Shown here one piece after another: positions 1 through 9,671 of a stretch of 64,000 nt of DNA (its first letter is position 1; each line of letters begins with the position of its first letter). The translations under genes and the position numbers were made by a program. Source of the DNA: Dehalococcoidia bacterium (GTDB lineage: Bacteria > Chloroflexota > Dehalococcoidia > SM23-28-2 > RBG-16-64-32); NCBI GenBank assembly GCA_963665775.2, contig CAXXTF010000002.1:640001-704000 (forward strand), written 5' to 3'. Under the pieces are notes generated by a model. The model searched no databases, was not told where the DNA came from, and saw nothing but the letters and a program-made list of their open reading frames with translations.

Positions 1-1
1 A

Positions 2-820
2 CTGACCGGCCCGGCAAATCGCCTCAAGTCCCGCATGGGCGCTGAACTGGCTATCTCAATAGCTTCCGGCCTGCCAGCATTCGGTAGGTTCACAGTGCAG
101 CGGCCAGGCAAGGCTCTTATCGTTCAGAACGAAATCCACACTGGGGTCTTCGACCGGAGAATGATAGCCCGTGCCGGCCCCGAGGCCGATTGGTGGGATC
201 GCCTTCTCGTTATTAGCCGCCAGAATTTTCGCATCGACTCCGAAAACATGCTACAGCTTGACACCTTGATGACGCAGGAGCATATCACCTTCCTTCTCCT
301 CGATCCCATGTCCGAAATGTGGCCAGGAGGCCGAGTGTTCGATGAGAACCGTGCCTCGGACGTCACAGAAGTAATCGATCGCCTCAAGGAACTCAGGGAT
401 AAGGGTCGAACCATCATTTTCGTGCACCATGACCCGAAGGACAGGGAACGACGGGCCAGGGGCTCCGGCCGTCTCATCGATGCGCCTGACCTTCGCATCT
501 TTCTCAAGGCTGTCGACAGGCAGGGTACTGAGACAGCCAGAGCGAGGGTTCATATCGAGTCCCGCACGATGCCCCCTCCGGACGATTTCGACATTACTCT
601 GGGACATGAGGGACGGCTTCATCATGAGCCAGCCGGCCTCACGGATGACCAGGAAGAGACCCTGGATGCTCTTAAAGGACTGGATCGCCCTACTACCGCC
701 GAATTCGCTGGAGCCCTGGGTGTCGAAACACATGCGGCGCTAGGACGACTGAAGCGGCTGAAGAAGAGGGGGAAGGTGGCTTCGGAAGGCACTAAACCCT
801 TCCGATGGAGGATACTCTGA
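2..820 (+). CDS. RepA/AAA_25-like helicase with C-terminal winged helix (5' end beyond window)
   Basis: Frame open from the window edge with Walker A-like TGPANRLKS, Walker B-like LLLDP and IIFVHH...RGS; C-terminal HTH (PTTAEFAGALGV). Confidence 0.65.
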   Translation: MTGPANRLKSRMGAELAISIASGLPAFGRFTVQRPGKALIVQNEIHTGVFDRRMIARAGPEADWWDRLLVISRQNFRIDSENMLQLDTLMTQEHITFLLLDPMSEMWPGGRVFDENRASDVTEVIDRLKELRDKGRTIIFVHHDPKDRERRARGSGRLIDAPDLRIFLKAVDRQGTETARARVHIESRTMPPPDDFDITLGHEGRLHHEPAGLTDDQEETLDALKGLDRPTTAEFAGALGVETHAALGRLKRLKKRGKVASEGTKPFRWRIL

Positions 821-978
821 GAACGTGCATTAGAGATCGTAACGACGGAACGCTTACGGTATATATGCCGTTACCCCATTACCAAAGAATGAAGCGGCTA
901 GAGGAACGGTGTAACGCCCTATATAAAGAGGATCACAAATCGGGCATTGGTGCCTTCGCATCATCGAGGTGGCGCTAG

Positions 979-1182
979 ATGGCAGGCGGTGACAGGACAA
1001 GGGCGAATTCTCGCCTCGTCGAGCTATTGGCTGGCGGAAGGACGGTTGAGGCCGCAGCCACTGAGGCCGGCATATCCGAGCGGACTGTCTACCGGCGACT
1101 AGAAGACCCGGAGTTCCGCCAGCAGTTGGGCCAGCTAAGGGGGCACATGCTGCTGGGACTGGTATCCGGGGCAATAGCATAG
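979..1182 (+). CDS. small HTH DNA-binding protein (possibly truncated)
   Basis: GRTVEAAATEAGISERTVYRRL helix-turn-helix signature. Confidence 0.6.
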   Translation: MAGGDRTRANSRLVELLAGGRTVEAAATEAGISERTVYRRLEDPEFRQQLGQLRGHMLLGLVSGAIA

Positions 1183-1197
1183 GGGTAACACAACGCG

Positions 1198-1524
1198 ATG
1201 GCTTGGGAGACACGGAGACGGGGGGGACTGTATTACACGCGCAGCAAGAAAGTGGATGGTCGCGTGGTGCGCGAGTACGTCGGAGGTGGCCTCGCGGGCC
1301 AGCTGGCGGCTGCGTCGGATGCTGCGGAGCGTGCGAACCGGCAGGCCCGGGCCGAGTCGTGGCGCGACGAGCGAAGCAGGCTTGAGGAAGTGGATGCGTC
1401 GATGACAGAACTGTGTGAGGTTGCCGAAAGGCTTGCACACGTGGCTCTGGAATTGGCTGGGTATCGTCGACACCACCGAGGGGAATGGAGGCGAAGACAT
1501 GGGAACAGCGATAGGCCCGACTGA
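1198..1524 (+). CDS. hypothetical protein of mobile-element type
   Basis: 108-aa ORF, YYTRSKKVDGRVVREYVG motif, co-oriented and overlapping the next gene. Confidence 0.55.
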   Translation: MAWETRRRGGLYYTRSKKVDGRVVREYVGGGLAGQLAAASDAAERANRQARAESWRDERSRLEEVDASMTELCEVAERLAHVALELAGYRRHHRGEWRRRHGNSDRPD

Positions 1525-2044
1525 GCATGTTGGTCAACTCGGAAGGAAGCAAGAGACATCCGATCTCCTTCAAAGAGCCGGAGAAGGAGACAGGAGTGTG
1601 CTACCGGCTTTGAGGCAGCGGTTCGAGGAGTACCCTGTACTGTGGGAAGAGTGTGGCGACTTGGCAGTCCAGGCGGAGCGATCTCAGGTCAGGTTGATGA
1701 CCGGTGCCAACGAGATAGCGGCAGAGGCACTGGATCGAAAGCTTGCATCTTTGAGGAAGGAGCTCGCAGGCGCGAATCCGACTCCGTTGGATAGATTGCT
1801 CATACAGCGGGTCGTGGCCTGCTGGTTACAGGTGCAGCATGCTGACGTGACGTACACTCAAGCCATGCAAGATGGTGTGGACTTAGCGCATGGGGACTAC
1901 TATCAGCGCCGCCAAGACCGCGCCCAACGGAGGTACTTGTCCGCCATTCGCACGCTAGCCCAGGTACGGCGACTGCTCACGCCTCAAGTTCAGCTTAATG
2001 TCGCATCGCAGCAAGTGAACGTGGCCCAGATCCAGACGAGTTAG
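1499..2044 (+). CDS. hypothetical helical protein of mobile-element type
   Basis: ORF with GGAGG upstream of ATG 1499; LAGANPTPLDRLLIQRVVACWLQ. Confidence 0.55.
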   Translation: MGTAIGPTEHVGQLGRKQETSDLLQRAGEGDRSVLPALRQRFEEYPVLWEECGDLAVQAERSQVRLMTGANEIAAEALDRKLASLRKELAGANPTPLDRLLIQRVVACWLQVQHADVTYTQAMQDGVDLAHGDYYQRRQDRAQRRYLSAIRTLAQVRRLLTPQVQLNVASQQVNVAQIQTS

Positions 2045-2107
2045 ACGCACGGCGTCTGACGTGAGCAGCGAGAGCAGCGCGGTTCGTCAGTGCTCCCGTA
2101 GAAAACC

Positions 2108-2166
2108 GGTAGTTGTAGTGGTAATTATCTACTTGCGTCAAGTAGATAATTACCACTACAACTACC
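2108..2166. repeat. perfect 28-bp inverted repeat with 3-nt loop
   Basis: GGTAGTTGTAGTGGTAATTATCTACTTG-CGT-CAAGTAGATAATTACCACTACAACTACC. Confidence 0.95.
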
Positions 2167-2376
2167 AACGCTATCACAAGGCCCTCGGCAACGTGACGCC
2201 CTCGGATGTCCTCAAGGGAAGGCGGCAGGAGATCCTACGACGCAGGAAGGAGGTGCAAGCCCAAACAATCGAACGGCGAAGACAGCACAATAGGGCCATC
2301 AGGGAGCTTACGAGACCTCTATCCGACCCCCGATCTCTCGGGTCTCAAAGTGCCCCAATTTTGCTGGTTGCCAACA
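2139..2376 (+). pseudogene. IS481/IS3-type transposase C-terminal remnant with right end
   Basis: Translates YNYQRYHKALGNVTPSDV...RRQEIL (integrase-core tail); ends in ...CAACA abutting the truncated IS3 orfA. Confidence 0.65.
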
Positions 2377-3364
2377 ATGAAGGTCCTTCACGCTAAGATC
2401 GGTGAGCTTGCGTTGGAGAACGATTTTTTAGAGGCCGCGCTCACGAAGGCGGGATTGCCGGGCGCAAGGCGATGATCGACCGCGATCACAAGCTGCCTCT
2501 CGCCCGCCAGGCAAAGGCAGTGGGCATCAGCCGCGGGAGCATCTACTACCGGCCGCGGCCGGTGGGCGAAGCCGGTCTCGGACTGATGCGCCGCATCGAT
2601 GAGCTGCACCTTGAGTATCCGTTTGCAGGCAGTAGGATGATGCGAGGCCTGCTCCGCCAGGAGGGACTCTCCTCCGGGCGTAGACACATCGCCACACTGA
2701 TGCAGCGGATGGGCATCGAGGCGCTGTACCGCAAGCCCAACACCAGCCGGCGACGCCCCGGCCATACTGTGTATCCGTACCTGCTGCGCGGACTTGAGGT
2801 GAGCAGGCCCAACCAGGTGTGGGCAATGGACATCACGTACATTCCGATGGCCAGGGGGTTCGTGTACCTAGCCGCAGTGATGGGCTGGCATAGCCGCAAG
2901 GTGCTGGCCTGGCGGGTATCGGTCACAATAGACACAGGCTTCTGCGTGGAGGCGCTCGAAGAATCCCTGGGACGCCACGGCGCGCCGGAGATATTCAACA
3001 CAGATCAGGGAAGCCAGTTCACAAGTGACGCCTTCACCGGCCTGCTGAAAGCCAATGGGATCCAGATCAGCATGGACGGGAGGGGAGGCTGGAAGGATAA
3101 TGTGTTCGTCGAACGGCTGTGGAAGAGCGTCAAGTACGAGGAGGTGTACCTGAGAGCCTACGAATCGGTCCCGGAAGCCAGAACTGGACTCGGGCGGTAC
3201 TTCGAGTTTTACAATGCCGGACGGCCCCATTCGAGCCTTGGGGGAATGACGCCGGACCAGTTCTTTGACAGAGTGCCTGCCGAGTCCGAGGCGGCCTAAC
3301 GCACGGCAGCGCGATTCCACTTATCAAACCGGGCAGCGCTGTTCAGACAAACGAGACCACCTCT
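2377..3364 (+). mobile_element. IS3-family element, 5'-truncated (orfA fragment 2378-2475, orfB 2472-3299, right end)
   Basis: orfA tail LHAKIGELALENDFL; orfB WAMDITY, NTDQGSQF, VERLWKSVKYE, RPHSSLG; orfA N-terminus and left end missing. Confidence 0.9.
2472..3299 (+). CDS. IS3-family transposase OrfB (DDE)
   Basis: Integrase-core DDE motifs as above. Confidence 0.9.
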   Translation: MIDRDHKLPLARQAKAVGISRGSIYYRPRPVGEAGLGLMRRIDELHLEYPFAGSRMMRGLLRQEGLSSGRRHIATLMQRMGIEALYRKPNTSRRRPGHTVYPYLLRGLEVSRPNQVWAMDITYIPMARGFVYLAAVMGWHSRKVLAWRVSVTIDTGFCVEALEESLGRHGAPEIFNTDQGSQFTSDAFTGLLKANGIQISMDGRGGWKDNVFVERLWKSVKYEEVYLRAYESVPEARTGLGRYFEFYNAGRPHSSLGGMTPDQFFDRVPAESEAA

Positions 3365-3462
3365 CTGGGCAATCGGACGCCCGAGGAGTTCGCACACCAG
3401 GTGGCTAGGAATACGCCGGTCGGGCTCTAAGAAACCTTGGACCTAATCCAGGGGGCAGGTCA
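3365..3462 (+). mobile_element. IS3-family (IS407-like) right-end remnant
   Basis: LGNRTPEEFA tail then terminal GGGGGCAGGTCA. Confidence 0.6.
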
Positions 3463-3480
3463 GATCGGTGAAGGAGAACG

Positions 3481-5799
3481 ATGGGTACTAGAATAATGAC
3501 CGGTGGGACCGAAAAGGTCTATTCGGCGGCCGAAATGTGGGTCGAAGCTGCACTCCGTACCGACGGCTCACTTTTCACACCAGGCGAGCAAATTTGGACG
3601 AGTCGGTGGTTGGGAGAACTTCACCGGCGATTCCTGGACAATCCAGACGAATCCAAGGCCAGCTTCCTAGACAAGTTGCAACGTCAACTAGAAGGCAGTC
3701 CACCTGAGGTTTACCAACTGATCGGCGAGGTACTCTATATACACTTTCTCATAGTCACGACTTCCAACAGTGCTGATGAACGGCAAAGAATCGATACTGT
3801 GCTCCGGTGGTCACAGACGCCCGTGGAAATTCCGCCGAAACTTGTCGCCGCTATAACTCCAGGAATAGCCACCCCAGGCACGGGATTTCATATGTACCGC
3901 CCCTTCCAAGTTGGATTGCTCATAGAATTCGTCGAGCAGTGGAAGGAACAAGATCCTGGAGAACGTGAACGGTTGCTGAATGAACCCTGGGCGTTCAAAG
4001 AGTTTTTGATGGGGGTACGGCTTCATAGTCGCCTGCTGCGCGATAACCAGAATACACCACGAATTCAACGGCAGGCCCTGCTCCATCTCACCTACCCCGA
4101 TGCCTTCGAAGCAATCGTCAATTTAGATCACAAAGAAAAGATAGCGAAGACCTTCGAGGCCAGTATTACAGAAGCGACGGAGGATGTTGACCAAAAACTT
4201 GAGCAGATTCGAACTGCTCTTGAGGCGCAGTATGTAAGTGGCGACCATTTCTTCTATCAGCCTGAAATCCGGGCACAGTGGGATGATCAGTACAATCCCG
4301 ATCTTTGGGGAGACTTTGTTATACGTGCACGGGCGTATGCCAACAGCGGAAGACTGGCGAGTGAGGAAATCGACTACAAGCTAGAGATCGGGGGCAAACT
4401 GGCGGAGGCACGACAATCCGTGCTTGCAGACGTGGAGGGATGGGGAAGTAAGGTCAAGGCCGGAATTGCGGGCAACCTTATTCACCCGATAGAGCAGTCG
4501 AAATTCCGAACCTGGGTCGATAAGTCCCCGGACGACGTGCTGCTGGCGTTGCAGGCGATGTGGGTTGGGGATGATGCGTCCATGGACGAGCGGGTTCGCG
4601 ACTTTAGCGAACTGCTGCCCCGCTCAGTAAGCAGCGGTGCGGGTACGCGTACCACCTTGATGTCCGTTCTACTGATGGGGATGGCAGCTGAACAATACCC
4701 GCCCTTTAGAATTACGCTGTTCGACGAAGCCTACAGGCGTACCGGGTATCCTCTCCCAGAGAGCGGTGCCAATGAGGTGAGTTTGTATGACCACGCCCTG
4801 AACTTTCTTGATCGATTTGTTGAAGAGGCGTTGGCGAGAGAGTTGACAATACACAACCGTCTTGAAGCCCAATCGCTAGTATGGGCAATCCTGCAAGCGC
4901 GTGACGAAAGCTCGCAAGACCCATGGTCAAACCATAAGGTAGCCGAGCTAGCCGAGGACCTTCTGTGGGCATCTGACTACTTACAGAAGATTATCGAGGG
5001 GCTAAAGGACAAGGGACAGGTCATCTTTCAGGGTCCACCCGGCACCGGCAAGACCTACGTCGCCAAGCGTATCGCCGAATGGTGCAAGAAATACGGGGGC
5101 GATTTCCAGATCGTCCAATTCCATCCGTCTTATTCCTATGAGAACTTCGTCGAAGGGTTTCGGCCCATTCTCACCGAAGGGAGCCACGCCGGATTCACGC
5201 TTACCAATGGCCCACTGCGGCGTATCGCCAAGCAAGCCGCAGATAACCCCGACGCTACATTCATCCTGGTCATCGACGAGATCAATCGCGGCAATGTTGC
5301 CAAGGTTTTGGGAGAACTCTATTTCCTCTTGGAGTATCGTGATGAAGAAATAACCCTACAGTACAGCGGCGAGGGATTCAGCCTGCCGAAGAACCTCTGG
5401 TTCATTGCCACGATGAACACGACGGATCGCTCCATCGCCCTGGTGGATGCAGCCCTACGCCGTCGGTTCTATTTCTTTGGTTTCTTTCCCGACGAAGCTC
5501 CGATCCAAGGTCTGCTCGACCGCTGGCTGGACAAATACGACCCAAGCGCCAAGTGGGTCACCGGGCTTGTCGATTCAGCCAACAAGGAGCTGGGAGACCG
5601 CCACCTGGGCATCGGTCCTAGCCACTTTATGAAGAGAGATACACCATTGGACGAACGCCGGGTACGCTTTATCTGGGAGCAGGCGGTCATCCCGTACATT
5701 GAGGAGCAATGCTTCGGCGACGAGGAGAAACTGAAGCAATTTGGCTTTGAGCGGTTAATGGGGAACCCTGAAGAGGTCCAGGCCGAGCCAAGTGTCTAA
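3481..5799 (+). CDS. mcrB: McrB-like AAA+ GTPase, type IV restriction subunit with long N-terminal region
   Basis: GPPGTGKT, VQFHPSYSYE, IDEINRGN, MNTTDRS, DAALRRRF. Confidence 0.9.
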   Translation: MGTRIMTGGTEKVYSAAEMWVEAALRTDGSLFTPGEQIWTSRWLGELHRRFLDNPDESKASFLDKLQRQLEGSPPEVYQLIGEVLYIHFLIVTTSNSADERQRIDTVLRWSQTPVEIPPKLVAAITPGIATPGTGFHMYRPFQVGLLIEFVEQWKEQDPGERERLLNEPWAFKEFLMGVRLHSRLLRDNQNTPRIQRQALLHLTYPDAFEAIVNLDHKEKIAKTFEASITEATEDVDQKLEQIRTALEAQYVSGDHFFYQPEIRAQWDDQYNPDLWGDFVIRARAYANSGRLASEEIDYKLEIGGKLAEARQSVLADVEGWGSKVKAGIAGNLIHPIEQSKFRTWVDKSPDDVLLALQAMWVGDDASMDERVRDFSELLPRSVSSGAGTRTTLMSVLLMGMAAEQYPPFRITLFDEAYRRTGYPLPESGANEVSLYDHALNFLDRFVEEALARELTIHNRLEAQSLVWAILQARDESSQDPWSNHKVAELAEDLLWASDYLQKIIEGLKDKGQVIFQGPPGTGKTYVAKRIAEWCKKYGGDFQIVQFHPSYSYENFVEGFRPILTEGSHAGFTLTNGPLRRIAKQAADNPDATFILVIDEINRGNVAKVLGELYFLLEYRDEEITLQYSGEGFSLPKNLWFIATMNTTDRSIALVDAALRRRFYFFGFFPDEAPIQGLLDRWLDKYDPSAKWVTGLVDSANKELGDRHLGIGPSHFMKRDTPLDERRVRFIWEQAVIPYIEEQCFGDEEKLKQFGFERLMGNPEEVQAEPSV

Positions 5800-5859
5800 A
5801 AGAACGAAGACGCGACCTTGATTGTGGAAGGAACGGTCTGCACGAGGTGAGATTGGCTG

Positions 5860-7077
5860 ATGCGTCGGATTGAGCTCGAAGAGCATAATTGCCATCCCGA
5901 AGCGGTGCGTCTGGATGAGGACCAACTCCGGGAGTTGACCAGCAACGCCCACAGAGGATACATCGACGTGATTCCTTCGTCAGACGTGGACAGGAGGTAT
6001 TTCCTAAAGGCGTCGTCTTACGTTGGGGCAGTGAATATCGGTGACCTCGCCATCATCGTGCGGCCCAAGGTGCCCATTGACCGTGTTATGTTCATGATTG
6101 CGTATGCGATGGATCCTAAGAACTGGCGAAGGGACTCGTTCGAGCTGGACCAAGACGAGGATTTCATTGAGGCGGTCGCCCTTGCTTTCGCCCACCGAAC
6201 CCGCCAAGCTATCCATCGCGGCCTTCTTCGGGGATATCGCGCAGAGGAGGACGCCCTCCATGAAGTCCGCGGTCGCATCCGCTTCGGGGACCAAATTAGC
6301 AAGCGTTTCGGCATGCCGTTGCCCGTCGAGGTCGCCTTCGACGAGTACACCGAGGACATTGAAGAGAACCGGTTGCTCAAGACCGCTATTGACCGATTGG
6401 GGCACACTTTTATTCGTTCCGAGGGAGCACGACGGAAGGTACGTAGTCTCAGGCCCGCGTTTGCTTCAGTTGCGCTCGGACAATACCGAAGAGGATTGCT
6501 TCCCCAGACCCACTACACCCGGTTGGAAGAGCACTACCGTCCGGCAGTGGAACTGGCCCGCCTCATAATCGACAACTTCAGCTTGGAACTTCTCCATGGC
6601 AAGGTCGCGGGCGCGGCCTTTTTCATTGATATGAACAAGGTGTTCGAGGAATTCCTCTACGTAGCCTTGAGAGAGTCCCTCGGGCTACCGGAATCTCAAT
6701 GGCGACACGAGGTGGCTCTCACTCTTGATGAGGCCAGCCGCATCCGCATAAAGCCGGATTTGTCGTGGTGGCCTTCGGGTACGGCACGAAACGGTTCCTG
6801 GCCGGTTTTCGTCGGCGACGCCAAGTACAAGAATCCAGAATCAGGGTTCGAGCACGCCGACATCTATCAGATGCTGGCCTACTGCACCGCCACTGGCTTG
6901 CCCTCAGGCTTGCTAGTTTACGTTGCCGGTGATTACGAGCCTTCAGTGTACAAGGTTAAGAACTCAGACAAGACAATAGAAGTAGCCTCGCTCGACCTGA
7001 GGGGAACCCCGGACGCCATACTCCACGAAGTTGGCGCCCTCGCTGACAAGGTCAAGGCCTTGGCCTTGCAGGTCTAG
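5860..7077 (+). CDS. mcrC: McrC-like PD-(D/E)XK nuclease
   Basis: ENRLLK, DMNKVFEEF, IKPDL, DAKYK, DIYQMLAY; directly downstream of mcrB. Confidence 0.9.
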   Translation: MRRIELEEHNCHPEAVRLDEDQLRELTSNAHRGYIDVIPSSDVDRRYFLKASSYVGAVNIGDLAIIVRPKVPIDRVMFMIAYAMDPKNWRRDSFELDQDEDFIEAVALAFAHRTRQAIHRGLLRGYRAEEDALHEVRGRIRFGDQISKRFGMPLPVEVAFDEYTEDIEENRLLKTAIDRLGHTFIRSEGARRKVRSLRPAFASVALGQYRRGLLPQTHYTRLEEHYRPAVELARLIIDNFSLELLHGKVAGAAFFIDMNKVFEEFLYVALRESLGLPESQWRHEVALTLDEASRIRIKPDLSWWPSGTARNGSWPVFVGDAKYKNPESGFEHADIYQMLAYCTATGLPSGLLVYVAGDYEPSVYKVKNSDKTIEVASLDLRGTPDAILHEVGALADKVKALALQV

Positions 7078-7123
7078 TTCGTCTGAGAGTGTGTTAGGCC
7101 TCCTACACTCCCCAAGATCTCGA

Positions 7124-7351
7124 CTATCTAGAATCCCCCTTGTCCGGCTTCGCCAGTCGATCAACCATGTTTCGCCGAGCGACTGCCATTACGTTCGCAC
7201 TTTCCTGTTGAAGTGCGCCAGCCTCATCTTGTAACTGTTTGGCCCTCGTCCGAGCCTCCTTTCGTAGCTCCTCCATCTGGGAAGCTTCCTGCTCCACAGC
7301 CCTGACCATCCTGGCCTTCACGTCGTTGTAGTTGAATTCCGCGAGGGCCAT
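7124..7351 (-). CDS. small coiled-coil hypothetical protein
   Basis: 75-aa ORF with GAGG upstream. Confidence 0.35.
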   Translation of the reverse strand: MALAEFNYNDVKARMVRAVEQEASQMEELRKEARTRAKQLQDEAGALQQESANVMAVARRNMVDRLAKPDKGDSR

Positions 7352-7371
7352 ACTAGCCTCAGTTGCCGTGG

Positions 7372-7782
7372 TTATGTGCTAGTAAGCGAAATGAGATGTG
7401 GCTCCCAACTGGGTACCTCATTCATTTTCAGGATATTCTTCTCAAAATAGTCCCGTAGGTCTTGCGCATACTGATCTACGGCCTCTAAATCAACGATCCT
7501 TGATAGCTCCTGTCCCGTCCGGGTTAACGCAACGCCTGACAACCTAAATTCCTTGCCCAAGTCACGCTGGGTGGTAGTAATCAGAACCCAGTACCTGCCC
7601 TGGAAGTGGAAGGGAATTCGCACAAGTACAGGCCTTACACCTCCTGAGGCAATACCAATTGAGGCTTGAATGCCATACCAAGAGTTGTAGTCGGAGATTG
7701 TGAGCCCGTGTTCGTTGAGCACGTTTAGGTTCCCAAAATTAAGACCGTACCGTTCGAGTGCGTTCCGTCGCTGCATCGCCAC
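7372..7782 (-). pseudogene. C-terminal fragment of DUF2806-like protein
   Basis: Lower-GC ORF with LNEHGL and LTRTGQEL tail; N-terminus apparently lost near the IS1595 promoter. Confidence 0.45.
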
Positions 7783-7835
7783 CCAGCGACGGAACTCTGG
7801 CGTCTATGAAGTTCGGAATTGCCTAGTTTAAGGTC

Positions 7836-7864
7836 TTGACCTTCCGCCCTCCCTGTGCGATAAT
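7836..7864 (+). promoter_or_regulatory. sigma70-like promoter for IS1595 operon
   Basis: TTGACC-17 bp-GATAAT with TG extension. Confidence 0.55.
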
Positions 7865-7906
7865 CATAGTGTGGACAGTGATTACGTACTAAGAAGGACG
7901 GAAGGT

Positions 7907-8794
7907 ATGAACATTATAACAGTTTTCGAGCGGTTTCCAACCCAAGTAGATTGCATCAAACACCTGGAAAAGGCTCGTTGGGGCGATCAAGCAACCTGCC
8001 CCTACTGCACCTCCACCAATACCAAGCCACTCCAGCATCGTCACCGCTGCTACACTTGTAAGACCTCTTTCAGCGTTACAGTCGGCACCATCTTCCACCA
8101 TACCCATATGCCCCTTCAGAAGTGGTTCCTTGCAGTTACGCTCATTCTGAATGCTAAGAAGGGGTTATCAGCCCTGCAACTTTCCCGTGATCTCCAAGTG
8201 AACAAGAACACTGCTTGGAGAATTGCTATGCAAATCCGTAAGGCGATGACCCAATCGGAACAACGTGGACTGCTCACTGGCATCGTGGAGATGGACGAAA
8301 CGTACATCGGCGGCAAGCCTCGCAAGGGTACTAAAGGCGACGGGCCGGATGGCCAGCATCTCCGGGGACGTGGGACAAAGAAGACCCCCGTGGTTGGGGC
8401 CGTGGAACGCGGCGGCAAGGTCACGGCAAAGGCGACCGACAAGACCAAACTCCGGGGATACCACCTTCGAGCCTTTGTCCGTGAGCGTGTCAACACGTCC
8501 AGTGCGGCCCTTGTCACGGATGAGTACAAAGGCTACCTGAGTATGGGTAAGGTGCTCCCACACGCCGTTATCAAGCATCAAGACTGGTATGTGGACGGCA
8601 ACATTCACACGAACACCATCGAGGGATTTTGGGCCTTGCTCAAGCGGGGCATGTTCGGCCAGTACCATAGCGTGAGTCGAAGGCGTCTACAACGCTACGT
8701 GGACGAATTCTGCTATCGCTACAACCTTCGCCACACAGAATCCCTGGTAGCATTTGATCAGACCATCAATCGAGGGCTAGGAGTAGCAGCATGA
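7907..8794 (+). CDS. IS1595-family transposase
   Basis: Zn ribbon CPYC...CYTC, HTH, VEMDETYIGG, TDEY, HTNTIEGFW, YVDEFCYRYN. Confidence 0.92.
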   Translation: MNIITVFERFPTQVDCIKHLEKARWGDQATCPYCTSTNTKPLQHRHRCYTCKTSFSVTVGTIFHHTHMPLQKWFLAVTLILNAKKGLSALQLSRDLQVNKNTAWRIAMQIRKAMTQSEQRGLLTGIVEMDETYIGGKPRKGTKGDGPDGQHLRGRGTKKTPVVGAVERGGKVTAKATDKTKLRGYHLRAFVRERVNTSSAALVTDEYKGYLSMGKVLPHAVIKHQDWYVDGNIHTNTIEGFWALLKRGMFGQYHSVSRRRLQRYVDEFCYRYNLRHTESLVAFDQTINRGLGVAA

Positions 8795-9669
8795 GTACAG
8801 AGCCTTTGAAGGTTATCGCCGGAGCACCGGATCGACCACTGGTAATCGGGGAGATAGAGATACCCTGCTATGTCCTGGAGAATGAGACACGGGTTTTGAG
8901 TCAGCGCGGCGTTACGGCAGGCATAGGTCTTAACCCAGACTCCGGCTTTAGAATGCCTCAATTCATGGCCTCTAGGAGCATTGCCGAGTACGTTTCGGAG
9001 GATTCTATGCCGGCCTTGAAACGTCCGGTCCGCTTCAAAAATCCAGTTGGGGGAGGCATTGCTTTAGGCTACCCAGCAACGCTCTTGAATGACATTTGTG
9101 GAGCGGTTCTGGCATCTCGGCGGGCTGGCACTTTGTCACCCGTGCACACTCACATAGCGGAGCGATGTGAGCTTTTATTACATGGTCTCGCCACGGTCGG
9201 CATCATCGCCTTGGTGGATGAAGCTACCGGCTATCAGGACATCCGGGCACAACGCGCCCTCGCAAAAATCCTAGAGGCGTTTATAGCCAAGGAACTCCAG
9301 CCGTGGACCAAGACCTTCCCCTATGACTTCTACCTAGAAATAATCAGGCTAAAAGGATGGCCTAACTTCTACGCCATCAAGCGCCCCTCAGTGATTGGCC
9401 ACTATACGAACGATATTGTCTATGGTCGTATCGCACCGGGCCTCTTGGAAGAATTGCATAGTAAGAATCCAACACTGTCGACTGGTGGGCGAAAACATCG
9501 CCATCATCATTGGTTTACGCCAGAGCTTGGCCATCCCCGATTGAAAGAACACCTAGCAGCCGTTAGTGCCCTGATGCGGGCAGCCCCGAACTGGAACGCT
9601 TTCCAGCGCAGCCTTGCGCGAGCCTTCCCCAAGATGAATAGCAACCTGCCTTTGCCATTGGAGGATTAG
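8791..9669 (+). CDS. P63C domain protein
   Basis: [39 protein letters not shown]; ATGA overlap with transposase. Confidence 0.85.
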   Translation: MSTEPLKVIAGAPDRPLVIGEIEIPCYVLENETRVLSQRGVTAGIGLNPDSGFRMPQFMASRSIAEYVSEDSMPALKRPVRFKNPVGGGIALGYPATLLNDICGAVLASRRAGTLSPVHTHIAERCELLLHGLATVGIIALVDEATGYQDIRAQRALAKILEAFIAKELQPWTKTFPYDFYLEIIRLKGWPNFYAIKRPSVIGHYTNDIVYGRIAPGLLEELHSKNPTLSTGGRKHRHHHWFTPELGHPRLKEHLAAVSALMRAAPNWNAFQRSLARAFPKMNSNLPLPLED

Positions 9670-9671
9670 CC

